DNA from: a plasmid
Strand: one strand, 5' to 3'
Sequence record: NZ_CP069678.1
Length of the DNA: 64,000 nucleotides
Made by a program: the position numbers and the translations under genes. A model generated the notes under the pieces. That model was given only the letters and a program-made list of their open reading frames with translations. It did not search any database and was not told the DNA's origin. Below, piece by piece: positions 21,341 to 33,400 of the stretch (the first letter of the stretch is position 1; each line of letters begins with the position of its first letter).

Positions 21341-23932
21341 TAGATTTGCCCCTATATTTCCAGACACCTGTTATCACTTAACCCATTACAAGCCCGCTGC
21401 CGTAGATATTCCCGTGGCGAGCGATAACCCAGTGCACTATGCGGATGCCATTCGTTATAATGCTCGAACGCCTCTGCAAGGTTCTTTGCTGCCGTTAACC
21501 CGTCTGGTTTGGGCATGACACTGATGTAGTCACGCTTTATCGTTTTCACGAAGCTCTCTGCTATGCCGTTACTCTCCGGACTCCGCACCGCCGTGCTCTT
21601 CGGTTCAAGCCCCAACATCCGGGCAAACTGCCGTGTTTCATTAGCCCGGTAGCATGAACCATTATCCGTCAGCCACTCCACTGGAGACGCCGGAAGCTCG
21701 TTGCCGAAGCGGCGTTCCACCGCTCCCAGCATGACGTCCTGTACTGTTTCACTGTTGAAGCCGCCGGTAGTGACCGCCCAGTGCAGTGCCTCACGATCAC
21801 AGCAGTCCAGCGCGAACGTGACACGCAGTCTCTCTCCGTTATCACAGCAGAACTCGAACCCGTCAGAGCACCATCGCTGATTGCTTTCTTTCACGGCCAC
21901 TCTGCCTGTATGTGCCCGTTTCGATGGCGGTACAGCAGGTTTTCGCTCAAGCAACAGCGCATTCTGGCGCATGATCCGGTAAACACGTTTGGCATTGATC
22001 GCAGGCATACCATCAAGTTTTGCCTGTCTGCGAAGCAGCGCCCATACCCGACGATAACCATACGTGGGCAGCTCTCTGAGCTTACCCAGCAATAGTGGAC
22101 ACGCGGCTAAGTGAGTAAACTCTCAGTCAGAGGTGACTCACATGACAAAAACAGTATCAACCAGTAAAAAACCCCGTAAACAGCATTCGCCTGAATTTCG
22201 CAGTGAAGCCCTGAAGCTTGCTGAACGCATCGGTGTTACTGCCGCAGCCCGTGAACTCAGCCTGTATGAATCACAGCTCTACAACTGGCGCAGTAAACAG
22301 CAAAATCAGCAGACGTCTTCTGAACGTGAACTGGAGATGTCTACCGAGATTGCACGTCTCAAACGCCAGCTGGCAGAACGGGATGAAGAGCTGGCTATCC
22401 TCCAAAAGGCCGCGACATACTTCGCGAAGCGCCTGAAATGAAGTATGTCTTTATTGAAAAACATCAGGCTGAGTTCAGCATCAAAGCAATGTGCCGCGTG
22501 CTCCGGGTGGCCCGCAGCGGCTGGTATACGTGGTGTCAGCGGCGGACAAGGATAAGCACGCGTCAGCAGTTCCGCCAACACTGCGACAGCGTTGTCCTCG
22601 CGGCTTTTACCCGGTCAAAACAGCGTTACGGTGCCCCACGCCTGACGGATGAACTGCGTGCTCAGGGTTACCCCTTTAACGTAAAAACCGTGGCGGCAAG
22701 CCTGCGCCGTCAGGGACTGATGGCAAAGGCCTCCCGGAAGTTCAGCCCGGTCAGCTACCGCGCACACGGCCTGCCTGTGTCAGAAAATCTGTTGGAGCAG
22801 GATTTTTACGCCAGTGGCCCGAACCAGAAGTGGGCAGGAGACATCACGTACTTACGTACAGATGAAGGCTGGCTGTATCTGGCAGTGGTCATTGACCTGT
22901 GGTCACGTGCCGTTATTGGCTGGTCAATGTCGCCACGCATGACGGCGCAACTGGCCTGCGATGCCCTGCAGATGGCGCTGTGGCGGCGTAAGAGGCCCCG
23001 GAACGTTATCGTTCACACGGACCGTGGAGGCCAGTACTGTTCAGCAGATTATCAGGCGCAACTGAAGCGGCATAATCTGCGTGGAAGTATGAGCGCAAAA
23101 GGTTGCTGCTACGATAATGCCTGCGTGGAAAGCTTCTTTCATTCGCTGAAAGTGGAATGTATCCATGGAGAACACTTTATCAGCCGGGAAATAATGCGGG
23201 CAACGGTGTTTAATTATATCGAATGTGATTACAATCGGTGGCGGCGGCACAGTTGGTGTGGCGGCCTCAGTCCGGAACAATTTGAAAACCAGAACCTCGC
23301 TTAGGCCTGTGTCCATATTACGTGGGTAGGATCACTCCGATAACATGGTGTATACGGAGAAGCACATCCGTATCATCAGTGTGACGACTGCGGCGGCCAT
23401 CCATCCAGTCATCGGTTCGTCTGAGAATGACGTGCAACTGCGCACGCGACACCCGGAGACAACGGCTGACTAAGCTTACTCCCCATCCCCGGGCAATAAG
23501 GGCGCGTGCGCTATCCACTTTTTTGCCCGTCCATATTCAACGGCTTCTTTGAGGAGTTCATTTTCCATCGTTTTCTTGCCGAGCAGGCGCTGGAGTTCTT
23601 TAATCTGCTTCATGGCGGCAGCAAGTTCAGAGGCAGGAACAACCTGTTCTCCGGCGGCGACAGCAGTAAGACTTCCTTCCTGGTATTGCTTACGCCAGAG
23701 AAATAACTGGCTGGCTGCTACACCATGTTGCCGGGCAACGAGGGAGACCGTCATCCCCGGTTCAAAGCTCTGCTGAACAATTGCGATCTTTTCCTGTGTG
23801 GTACGCCGTCTGCGTTTCTCCGGCCCTAAGGCATCAATCATCTGTTCTCCAATGACTAGTCTAAAAACTAGTATTAAGACTATCACTTATTTAAGTGATA
23901 CTGGTTGTCTGGAGATTCAGGGGGCCAGTCTA
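21341..23932 (-). mobile_element. IS2, interrupted by IS3
   Basis: InsC (orfA) lies at 23476-23841. InsD is split into 23318-23518 and 21352-22092 by the IS3 insertion. IS2 termini at both ends are flanked by the 5-bp direct repeat GTGCA (21336-21340 and 23933-23937). Confidence 0.8.
22077..23334 (+). mobile_element. IS3 (1258 bp) inserted into IS2 insD
   Basis: orfA at 22133-22441 and orfB at 22438-23304 match IS3. Terminal repeats TGAGCTTACCC.../...GGGTAGGATCA are flanked by the 3-bp duplication CTC. Confidence 0.85.
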
Positions 23933-24366
23933 GTGCACGAATCCTAGAGGCAGAATGTTTCTCCACATGCTTGTGGAGAAACCGCCGCATTTTGCCCGTT
24001 CTGTACGATACTCCGTAGCCAGAGATAAGATATTCTGTTGCTGTATGCTACATACATTACACTATACGAAATCAGGTCTGTTCAATCAGTAAGGAAATAA
24101 ACGGACAAACGTTATGTAACCCAGACAGAGATATATTGTCTGGGAAAATAGTGGCTTTTGTGGCGAAAACTAGTAAAACAGCAACCCGAACCACTTGATG
24201 TGCATCGTTTTTGATTATTCCCGTATACTCTTGCAGAAGGAGTTCTCCGTCGGGCTACTGTCATGGTTAATGCGGGGAATATGGCGACAATACAACACAC
24301 CTAAAAGAGTAATGGACAGATGAAGCGGTTTATTCATTTCCCATGATTCTGAGTACCTACCAAGTC

Positions 24367-25695
24367 CTGAGAGATCCCCTCATAATTTCCCCAAAACGTA
24401 ACCATGTGTGAATAGATTTTGAGTAAGCAGGGTTGCAGCCACGAGTGAGTCTTCCCTTGTTATTGTGTAGCCAGAATGCCGCAAAACTTCCATGCCTAAG
24501 CGAACTGTTGAGAGTACGTTTCGATTTCTGACTGTGTTAGCCTGGAAGTGCTTGTCCCAACCTTGTTTCTGAGCATGAACGCCCGCAAGCCAACATGTTA
24601 GTTGAAGCATCAGGGCGATTAGCAGCATGATATCAAAACGCTCTGAGCTGCTCGTTCGGCTATGGCGTAGGCCTAGTCCGTAGGCAGGACTTTTCAAGTC
24701 TCGGAAGGTTTCTTCAATCTGCATTCGCTTCGAATAGATATTAACAAGTTGTTTGGGTGTTCGAATTTCAACAGGTAAGTTAGTTGCTAGAATCCATGGC
24801 TCCTTTGCCGACGCTGAGTAGATTTTAGGTGACGGGTGGTGACAATGAGTCCGTGTCGAGCGCTGATTTTTTCGGCCTTTAGAGCGAGATTTATACAATA
24901 GAATTTGGCATGAGATTGGATTGCTTTTAGTCAGCCTCTTATAGCCTAAAGTCTTTGAGTGACTAGATGACATATCATGTAAGTTGCTGATAGGTTTCCA
25001 GTTTTCCGCTCCTAGGTCTGCATATTGTACTTTTCCTCTTACTCGACTTAACCAGTACCAACCCAGCTTCTCAACGGATTTATACCATGGCACTTTAAAG
25101 CCAGCATCACTGACAATGAGCGGTGTGGTGTTACTCGGTAGAATGCTCGCAAGGTCGGCTAGAAATTGGTCATGAGCTTTCTTTGAACATTGCTCTGAAA
25201 GCGGGAACGCTTTCTCATAAAGAGTAACAGAACGACCGTGTAGTGCGACTGAAGCTCGCAATACCATAAGCCGTTTTTGCTCACGGATATCAGACCAGTC
25301 AACAAGTACAATGGGCATCGTATTGCCCGAACAGATAAAGCTAGCATGCCAACGGTATACAGCGAGTCGCTCTTTGTGGAGGTGACGATTACCTAACAAT
25401 CGGTCGATTCGTTTGATGTTATGTTTTGTTCTCGCTTTGGTTGGCAGGTTACGGCCAAGTTCGGTAAGAGTGAGAGTTTTACAGTCAAGTAAGGCGTGGC
25501 AAGCCAACGTTAAGCTGTTGAGTCGTTTTAAGTGTAATTCGGGGCAGAATTGGTAAAGAGAGTCGTGTAAAATATCGAGTTCGCACATTTTGTTGTCTGA
25601 TTATTGATTTTTGGCGAAACCATTTGATCATATGACAAGATGTGTATCTACCTTAACTTAATGATTTTGATAAAAATCATTAGGGGATTCATCAG
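24367..25695 (-). mobile_element. IS10 (copy A, 1329 bp)
   Basis: 402-aa IS10 transposase at 24380-25588 (-). Outside-end sequence CTGATGAATCCCCTAATGATTTT (reverse complement) at 25695; inside end CTGAGAGATCCCC at 24367. 9-bp target duplication TACCAAGTC at 24358-24366 and 25696-25704. Confidence 0.9.
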
Positions 25696-25788
25696 TACCA
25701 AGTCTGAGTAACCACTTTTATACTTTTAATTTTCGTTCATTTAGCTATCGTTTAATTATTATCACATAGGATTCTGCCGTTTTTAACA

Positions 25789-26097
25789 ATGCAGGATAAT
25801 AAGATGAAAAAAATGTTATTTTCTGCCGCTCTGGCAATGCTTATTACAGGATGTGCTCAACAAACGTTTACTGTTGGAAACAAACCGACAGCAGTAACAC
25901 CAAAGGAAACCATCACTCATCATTTCTTCGTTTCGGGAATTGGACAAGAGAAAACTGTTGATGCAGCCAAAATTTGTGGCGGTGCAGAAAATGTTGTTAA
26001 AACAGAAACTCAGCAAACATTCGTAAATGGATTGCTCGGTTTTATCACTTTTGGCATCTATACTCCGCTGGAAGCCCGGGTATATTGCTCACAATAG
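25789..26097 (+). CDS. iss: Iss (increased serum survival) lipoprotein, lambda Bor homologue
   Basis: 102-aa ORF MQDNKMKKMLFSAALAMLITGCAQQ... with a lipobox (LITGC). The sequence matches Iss/Bor. Confidence 0.85.
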   Translation: MQDNKMKKMLFSAALAMLITGCAQQTFTVGNKPTAVTPKETITHHFFVSGIGQEKTVDAAKICGGAENVVKTETQQTFVNGLLGFITFGIYTPLEARVYCSQ

Positions 26098-26134
26098 TTG
26101 CCCATCGATATGGGGAGCTCATCTGCACTGTTCA

Positions 26135-26344
26135 TTAATATACTTCTGGGCTCCCTACAGTTGTTTTTGCATAGTGATAAGCCTCTCTCTGAGGGAGGAA
26201 ATAATCCTGTTCAGCGATGTCTGCCAGTCGGGGGGGCTGCATTATCCACGCCCGAGGCGGTGGTGGCTTCACGCGGGGATGGGCAGATTGATCTGATATG
26301 CAACCGACGACGACCAGCGGCAACATCATCACGCAGAGCTTCAT
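26135..26344 (-). CDS. lambda-like small lipoprotein remnant (p78-like) next to iss
   Basis: 69-aa ORF with a lipobox (VVVGC) and a PPPP tract. It lies next to the bor homologue, as in phage lambda. Confidence 0.35.
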   Translation of the reverse strand: MKLCVMMLPLVVVGCISDQSAHPRVKPPPPRAWIMQPPRLADIAEQDYFLPQREAYHYAKTTVGSPEVY

Positions 26345-26956
26345 TTTCAGATTTGGGCCACCTTTTGATTTCTCGTTTAACTTTTGCAGTCACCAGACTG
26401 TGATTTATTTTAACAAATCAATAGCTTTCATAAAATTCTCGAAGCTGAAAGCTTAACTGAACCAACCAGCCTGGCTGGTGTTTTCTAAAGACAAAAAGGC
26501 CATCAGCAAAACACTGATAGTCTGAATCACCTTTATCAATCATGTATGAAGAAAATATGCGCAATTAGTTGACAGTGATTATCATTTTCATTAAAAAGAG
26601 CGCGTAGCATTCTTATTTCATGAGGAAATTTACCCGCCAACAACCTGAGTAGCGAAAGCTGTTCATCCCCAATATTTTTGCTGGCGGGTTCTTTTTTCTA
26701 CTGTCCTCCTCCCCAGAGGAAGCATTCCCATTAATCATTACTGGCGAGGAGGCAAGAGAAAAAGTCGGTTCTTTGTCCCTAAATAACAGCATCATTTCAG
26801 TCCATGCAAAATCTGATTTACCAGCTCACATAATAACCTGATGATACACAGTGTAAGTTCACAGAGATATTGCAATTGCCTCCGGATAAGTAAGGGGAGA
26901 TTGCACTATGCAAATGCAGCACCTGAGGTTGGCTATCCTAAGCAGCCGATTATGCG

Positions 26957-28007
26957 TTGAGGCTTTCAGTGATGGCTGATATAGCAACAATGAGAATGAA
27001 GGCTCTGCACTTCTGGGATAAACACGGTATTTCTGCAGCTTCTGAAGCCTTTGGCGTATCCTGCCGCACGCTTTACTGGTGGCGTCAGTTACTGAACAAG
27101 GGAGGACCTGAGGGGCTAATCCCGCACAGTAAGGCACCTCTGGTGCGACGAAAAAAGCACTGGCATCCCGATGTGCTGAAAGAGATTCGACGCCTCAGGA
27201 CAGAGCTGCCGAACCTCGGTAAAGAGCAGATTTTTGTTCGCCTGAAGCCCTGGTGCGCATAACGCCATCAGACCTGCCCGAGTGTTTCCACCATCGGCAG
27301 AATGATCGCCACCGCACACGATAAAATGCGGATGATACCAGTACGTCTGAGCTCGCGGGGTAAGGCTCTGCTTGTCAAAAAGCGAACCACCAAACCCCCG
27401 CAGGCCAAAGCACTACCGTCCGGTAAAGACAGGAGAGCTCATTGGGATGGACGCCATTGAGCTCAGAATGGGTGAAATGCGTCGCTATATCATTACCATG
27501 ATCGACGAACACAGCGATTACGTACTGGCGCTGGCTGTGCCGTCGCTCAACAGTGATATCGTCAATCACTTTTTCAGCCGTGCAGCCCGGCTGTTCCCTG
27601 TCGGTATCAGCCAGATCATCACAGATAACGGGAAAGAGTTCCTGGGAAGCTTTGACAAAACGCTGCAGGAAGCCGCCATCAAACACCTCTGGACCTATCC
27701 CTACACGCCAAAAATGAACGCTATCTGTGAACGTTTTAACCGGGCATTAAGAGAGCAATTCATTGAATTTAATGAAATTTTACTCTTTGAGGATCTGGCG
27801 TTGTTTAACCTGAAACTGGCGGAATATCTGGCGCTGTATAACAGCAAAAGACTCCACAAGGCGCTCGCACTAACGACGCCCGTGGAATATATTTTAAAAG
27901 AGAACAAAAATTGCAATATGTGGTGGACCCATACACAGCAAACGCACAGGCCGCCCCGGTTGGGTAGATATGTGGGATGGCTGGTTCAGACTTCAGGATA
28001 TGGTTGA
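26957..28007 (+). pseudogene. IS481/IS3-like DDE transposase, split into two ORFs
   Basis: 26957-27262 encodes an HTH part. 27372-28007 encodes the rve core (...DNGKEF...YPYTPKMNAICERFNRALREQ...). Confidence 0.5.
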
Positions 28008-28773
28008 GGCTGGTGATGAAGTCTCTTTATCAGGAGATCTGATCAAGAGACAGCCGCGCAGGGGGATTCACTATGCTGGATTCTTTTAACAAATTCTCCG
28101 CTAACCAAAAAATAGACTTTTTGCATTCGTAAATGCGTTAAGAGATAATTTTTAAAGTTCCATCAATCTCCCGGCCAGTTCGTCTCGCGGCATTACTCAC
28201 TATCCGCACAACTTCAGTAAGATCATGACTTTTTCAATCGTTATCTGTTGACCAAGCTTTGAAACCACTAGCGTCCCGTCAACCTGACCTGGAATCGTCG
28301 AGAACCGCCCATAGTTGTGAATTGGCTAGAGTGTGATGGAAAGCAACGCTAAACGACCTAGTCACACATTCTCTTTTCCCTAACAATGACCATTTAGTGA
28401 AATAACGTATCCAAAATGATGACGTGAAAGCCTGACACTGGCAGCGAAAAGCCGAAAAAACTCACCTGGTCAGGAGCAAAAATCGGATTATTCGCCAACA
28501 GCGTAATATCAGCAGTAGTTCTCGACACGCTTGCGCTATAGACAGAGGATGAAACGCTGCTGGTCGGAGTTCTCTATACATTTTTGGCGACGGCAGAACC
28601 GCTCACCAATGCCTTAACGTCTATCAGCCTTCCGGTGAGTTGGAACAGCATGCTCAGCGTTTGCAAGATATTCTCCACGGTCTGTAGCAGCGTAGGTTTC
28701 AATTTAAATATCCCCAGATAGCCCTCTGGGAGCTTCCCTTTTTATTAAGTTTTAATTACCGTTGCAATAGTTA

Positions 28774-28798
28774 AATGATATTGGTAATTATTATCATT
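28774..28798. promoter_or_regulatory. Fur-box-like site upstream of iroB
   Basis: AATGATATTGGTAATTATTATCATT resembles the GATAATGATAATCATTATC consensus. It lies ~450 bp upstream of iroB. Confidence 0.35.
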
Positions 28799-29242
28799 AG
28801 CATTTGTGTCTGTGTTGTTTCTGGTAAGGCTGAAAGGGAACAAACATCGCCTGTACAACGGCGTTTTTACTTACAGACCAGCGAAGGCGAGACTATCAGG
28901 ATGATGCATCGTGTGTCTAAGAAATCACGGTTCTTTCCAGATTCGTTGTTCGGTCTAACACTGCACAAATGCGTCAGAACATCCCGGCGTAGCTGTCCGA
29001 CGCCATTTGGGCTGTTCAACAGGACAATGGCGCGTAAGCGTTAATGGAAGTGGGGATACGGAGTTCCCTGTTCACCTGTGTATGTCACGGAAAAGTCTCT
29101 GACTGAGCTGTCCATAACGCTGGTGAAGCACAAATGGCGCAGCATCTGGTAAAGCAGGTTTAACGAAAAGTCGTGTCCTGCTGCTGGCATATGAGTGCGT
29201 CGACTGCCTGATTTAGATCGTCAAGCGGAGAGGGATTTTCTC

Positions 29243-30358
29243 ATGCGTATTTTGTTTGTAGGCCCGCCTCTCTATGGGCTGTTGTATCCTGTGCTGTCTC
29301 TGGCGCAGGCATTTCGCGTTAACGGTCATGAAGTGCTGATCGCCAGTGGAGGACAATTCGCACAAAAAGCGGCAGAGGCCGGGTTGGTGGTGTTTGACGC
29401 CGCACCCGGTCTGGATTCCGAAGCTGGTTACCGCCACCATGAGGCACAGCGGAAAAAAAGTAATATCGGAACCCAAATGGGCAACTTCTCATTCTTCAGC
29501 GAAGAAATGGCCGACCATCTGGTGGAGTTTGCCGGACACTGGCGGCCTGACCTCATCATCTACCCTCCGCTCGGAGTCATCGGGCCGCTGATTGCCGCCA
29601 AATATGATATACCGGTCGTGATGCAAACCGTAGGCTTCGGCCATACCCCCTGGCATATCAAGGGTGTAACGCGTTCGCTCACGGACGCCTATCGTCGCCA
29701 CAATGTGGGGGCCACACCACGTGATATGGCCTGGATCGACGTAACACCGCCGAGTATGAGCATTCTGGAAAACGACGGTGAACCCATTATTCCGATGCAG
29801 TACGTCCCGTATAACGGTGGCGCGGTGTGGGAACCATGGTGGGAGAGAAGGCCCGAGCGTAAACGTCTGCTGGTGAGTCTCGGCACTGTCAAACCGATGG
29901 TTGACGGCCTTGATCTAATCGCCTGGGTTATGGATTCTGCCAGTGAGGTCGATGCCGAGATCATCCTGCATATTTCAGCCAATGCGCGGTCCGATTTGCG
30001 CTCGCTGCCGTCAAATGTTCGCCTGGTTGACTGGATACCCATGGGTGTCTTCCTCAACGGCGCAGATGGTTTCATTCATCATGGCGGAGCAGGCAATACC
30101 CTGACAGCGCTACACGCTGGTATTCCACAAATCGTCTTCGGCCAGGGAGCCGATCGCCCGGTAAATGCCCGCGTTGTTGCCGAACGCGGCTGCGGGATTA
30201 TCCCTGGCGACGTCGGCCTGTCGAGTAACATGATCAATGCTTTCCTCAACAATCGCTCACTTCGCAAAGCCTCTGAAGAGGTAGCAGCGGAAATGGCGGC
30301 GCAACCCTGCCCAGGTGAAGTGGCGAAAAGCCTGATCACAATGGTACAGAAAGGGTAA
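29243..30358 (+). CDS. iroB: IroB, enterobactin C-glucosyltransferase
   Basis: 371 aa from MRILFVGPP. A GT1/MGT-family glycosyltransferase. First gene of a collinear iroBCDE cluster. Confidence 0.9.
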   Translation: MRILFVGPPLYGLLYPVLSLAQAFRVNGHEVLIASGGQFAQKAAEAGLVVFDAAPGLDSEAGYRHHEAQRKKSNIGTQMGNFSFFSEEMADHLVEFAGHWRPDLIIYPPLGVIGPLIAAKYDIPVVMQTVGFGHTPWHIKGVTRSLTDAYRRHNVGATPRDMAWIDVTPPSMSILENDGEPIIPMQYVPYNGGAVWEPWWERRPERKRLLVSLGTVKPMVDGLDLIAWVMDSASEVDAEIILHISANARSDLRSLPSNVRLVDWIPMGVFLNGADGFIHHGGAGNTLTALHAGIPQIVFGQGADRPVNARVVAERGCGIIPGDVGLSSNMINAFLNNRSLRKASEEVAAEMAAQPCPGEVAKSLITMVQKG

Positions 30359-30497
30359 CCACTACACCTTCATGATAATCATATGCCAGCACCCATCCAG
30401 GAGTCATGCATCCATAACAATGCGGGACCGGAGCGTGCTGGCTTTTTTGCGGAACGATCCGGCCAGTGGATCGTATTTTACAGACGGAGGAGGCTTA

Positions 30498-33400
30498 ATG
30501 CCTGCGAATCACACTCCCACACCGGCTCAGTCATGGATAGTTCGCCTAGCGCGCGTGTGCTGGGAAAGTAAGAAACTTAGTGTCATCGTGGTGGTAGCGT
30601 CAGTATCGACTATTTTGCTGGCTGCGCTGACGCCACTGCTGACAAGACAGGCTGTGAATGACGCACTGGCGGGCAATCCGGCCCGCCTGCCGTGGCTGGC
30701 CTGCGGGTTACTGTTGATCGCTTTTTTTGATTTCATCGGTAACTATGTGCGCCGTGGTTATGCCGGGATGCTCTCACTCTGGGTGCAGCATACCCTCAGA
30801 GGACGGGTATTCGACAGTATTCAGAAACTTGACGGCGCAGGCCAGGATGCGCTGCGCACCGGGCAGGTGATTTCACGGACCAACAGCGATCTGCAGCAGG
30901 TGCATACCCTGCTGCAGATGTGCCCGGTGCCGCTGGCAGTGTTCACTTATTACATTGCCGGCATTGCCGTGATGCTGTGGATGTCCCCTGCCATGACGCT
31001 TATCGTCGTGTGCGTACTGGTATGCCTGGCGATCACCGCGCTTCGTGCGCGTCGTAGGGTCTTCGCGCAAACCGGGCTGGCCTCGGACCAACTGGCGAAT
31101 CTCACCGAACATATACGCGAGGTGCTGGCACAGATCTCAGTGGTAAAATCCTGTGTGGCAGAGATGCGTGAAACGCACTGGCTCGATAGGCAGTCGCGGC
31201 AGATTGTGCGTGTACGCATCGGTGCGGTTATCTCGCAGGCGATGCCTGGGGCCACCATGCTGGCGCTACCGGTGCTCGGGCAAATCGTCCTGCTGTGCTA
31301 CGGCGGGTGGTCGGTCATGCACGGGCGGATCGATCTCGGTACCTTCGTTGCATTCGCCAGCTTCCTCGCGATGCTGACCGGGCCAACCCGCGTACTGGCA
31401 TCGTTTCTGGTTATCGCACAGCGCACTCAGGCGTCCGTGGAGCGGGTGTTTGCACTGATCGACACCCGTTCACAGATGGAGGACGGGACGGAGTCGATTA
31501 ACAGTCAGGTTGTCGGACTGGAACTGGAGAATATGAGCTTTGACTACCACCATGGCGACAGACATATCCTCAGCGATATCTCCTTTTCCCTGCGCGCCGG
31601 TGAAACCGTGGCGGTGGTGGGCGCATCGGGTTCAGGAAAATCGACCCTGTTGATGCTGCTGGCGCGTTTTTATGATCCCTGCTCCGGAAAGATATGGCTC
31701 AACACCAGCGAAGGCCGACAAAATCTTCGCGATATCAGACTGGAGGCGCTTCGTCGCCGGGTAGGCATCGTATTTGAAGATGCTTTTCTGTTTGCCGGTA
31801 CGGTGGCGGAAAATATCGCCTATGGCCACCCTCAGGCAACGGCGGACGACATTCGCCGTGCGGCAGCTGCTGCAGGAGCCAGCGATTTTATCAACGCCCT
31901 GCCGAAAGGCTTCGATAGCCTGTTAACCGAACGGGGTACGAATCTTTCCGGCGGGCAGAGGCAGCGAATAGCGCTGGCGCGGGCGCTCATTACTGCACCG
32001 GACGTGTTAATCCTGGATGATACCACCTCAGCGGTTGATGCTGTTACGGAAGCGGAGATTAATACCGCGCTGGGTCGCTATGCTGACGAAGGGCATATGC
32101 TGCTGGTGATTGCCCGACGGCGTTCAACACTTCAGCTAGCCAGCCGGGTTGTGGTGCTGGATAAGGGCCGTATGGTGGATACCGGAACCCCGGCAGAACT
32201 TGAAGCGCGCTGTCCGGCGTTCCGCGCACTGATGACCGGCGACAGCGATTTTCTGGCCACGTCCCACAATAGCCACAACGAATTGTGGCCGGCTGAACCA
32301 GCGACACAAGACGATGTAACGGATACGGGGGATAAAGGTTTTGTCGCCCGTATGACCCGCGTACCGGAAAATGCAGTACAGCAGGCGCTGGCCGGTAAAG
32401 GCCGCAAAGTCACGTCACTACTGAAGCCTGTGGCGTGGATGTTCGTCATCGCCGCTCTGCTGATCGCACTCGATTCTGCGGCAGGCGTAGGGGTGCTGAT
32501 ACTGTTGCAGCACGGCATTGACTCCGGTGTCGCCGCAGGCGATATGTCGACCATCGGCCTCTGTGCCCTGCTCGCCCTGAGCCTGGTCATTGTGGGCTGG
32601 TGCAGTTATTCTCTGCAGACGGTCTTCGCCGCCAGAGCGGCGGAATCAGTTCAGCATTCGGTGCGCTTGCGCAGCTTCGGCCATATGCTGCGTCTTGGAC
32701 TCCCCTGGCATGAAAAGCATGCCGATTCGCGTCTTACCCGCATGACCGTTGATGTGGACTCTCTCGCCCGCTTTCTGCAAAACGGCCTTGCCGGTGCGGC
32801 CACCAGTCTGGTGACGATGTTCGCAATCGCCGCCACCATGTTCTGGCTCGACCCGTTCCTGGCGCTGACGGCATTAAGCGCAGTGCCAGTGGCCGCACTG
32901 GCAACCATGATTTATCGCCGCCTCAGTACCCCTGCTTATGCACAGGCACGGCTGGAAATAGGCAAAGTCAACAGCACCCTGCAGGAAAAAGTCTCTGGCA
33001 TGCGTGTCGTGCAATCGCATGGTCAGCAGGAACTGGAGGGCGCCCGGCTGCGCGCGTTATCGGAGCGTTTCCGCGCAACCCGTGTGCGAGCACAAAAATA
33101 CCTTGCAGTCTATTTTCCGTTCCTGACATTCTGCACCGAGGCCTCCTATGCCGCTGTTCTGTTAGTGGGAGCTTCGCAGGTCGCCGCTGGAGAAATGACT
33201 GCCGGGGTACTGGCGGCTTTCTTCCTGTTGCTGGGGCAATTCTATGGGCCAGTGCAGCAGTTATCAGGGATTGTCGACGCCTGGCAGCAGGCGACAGCCA
33301 GCGGCAAACATATTGATGAACTACTGGCGACAGAAGGCACTGAGAACCTCGGCTCCTCTTCGGTCCTCCCTGTCACCGGTGCACTGCATCTTGATGAGGT

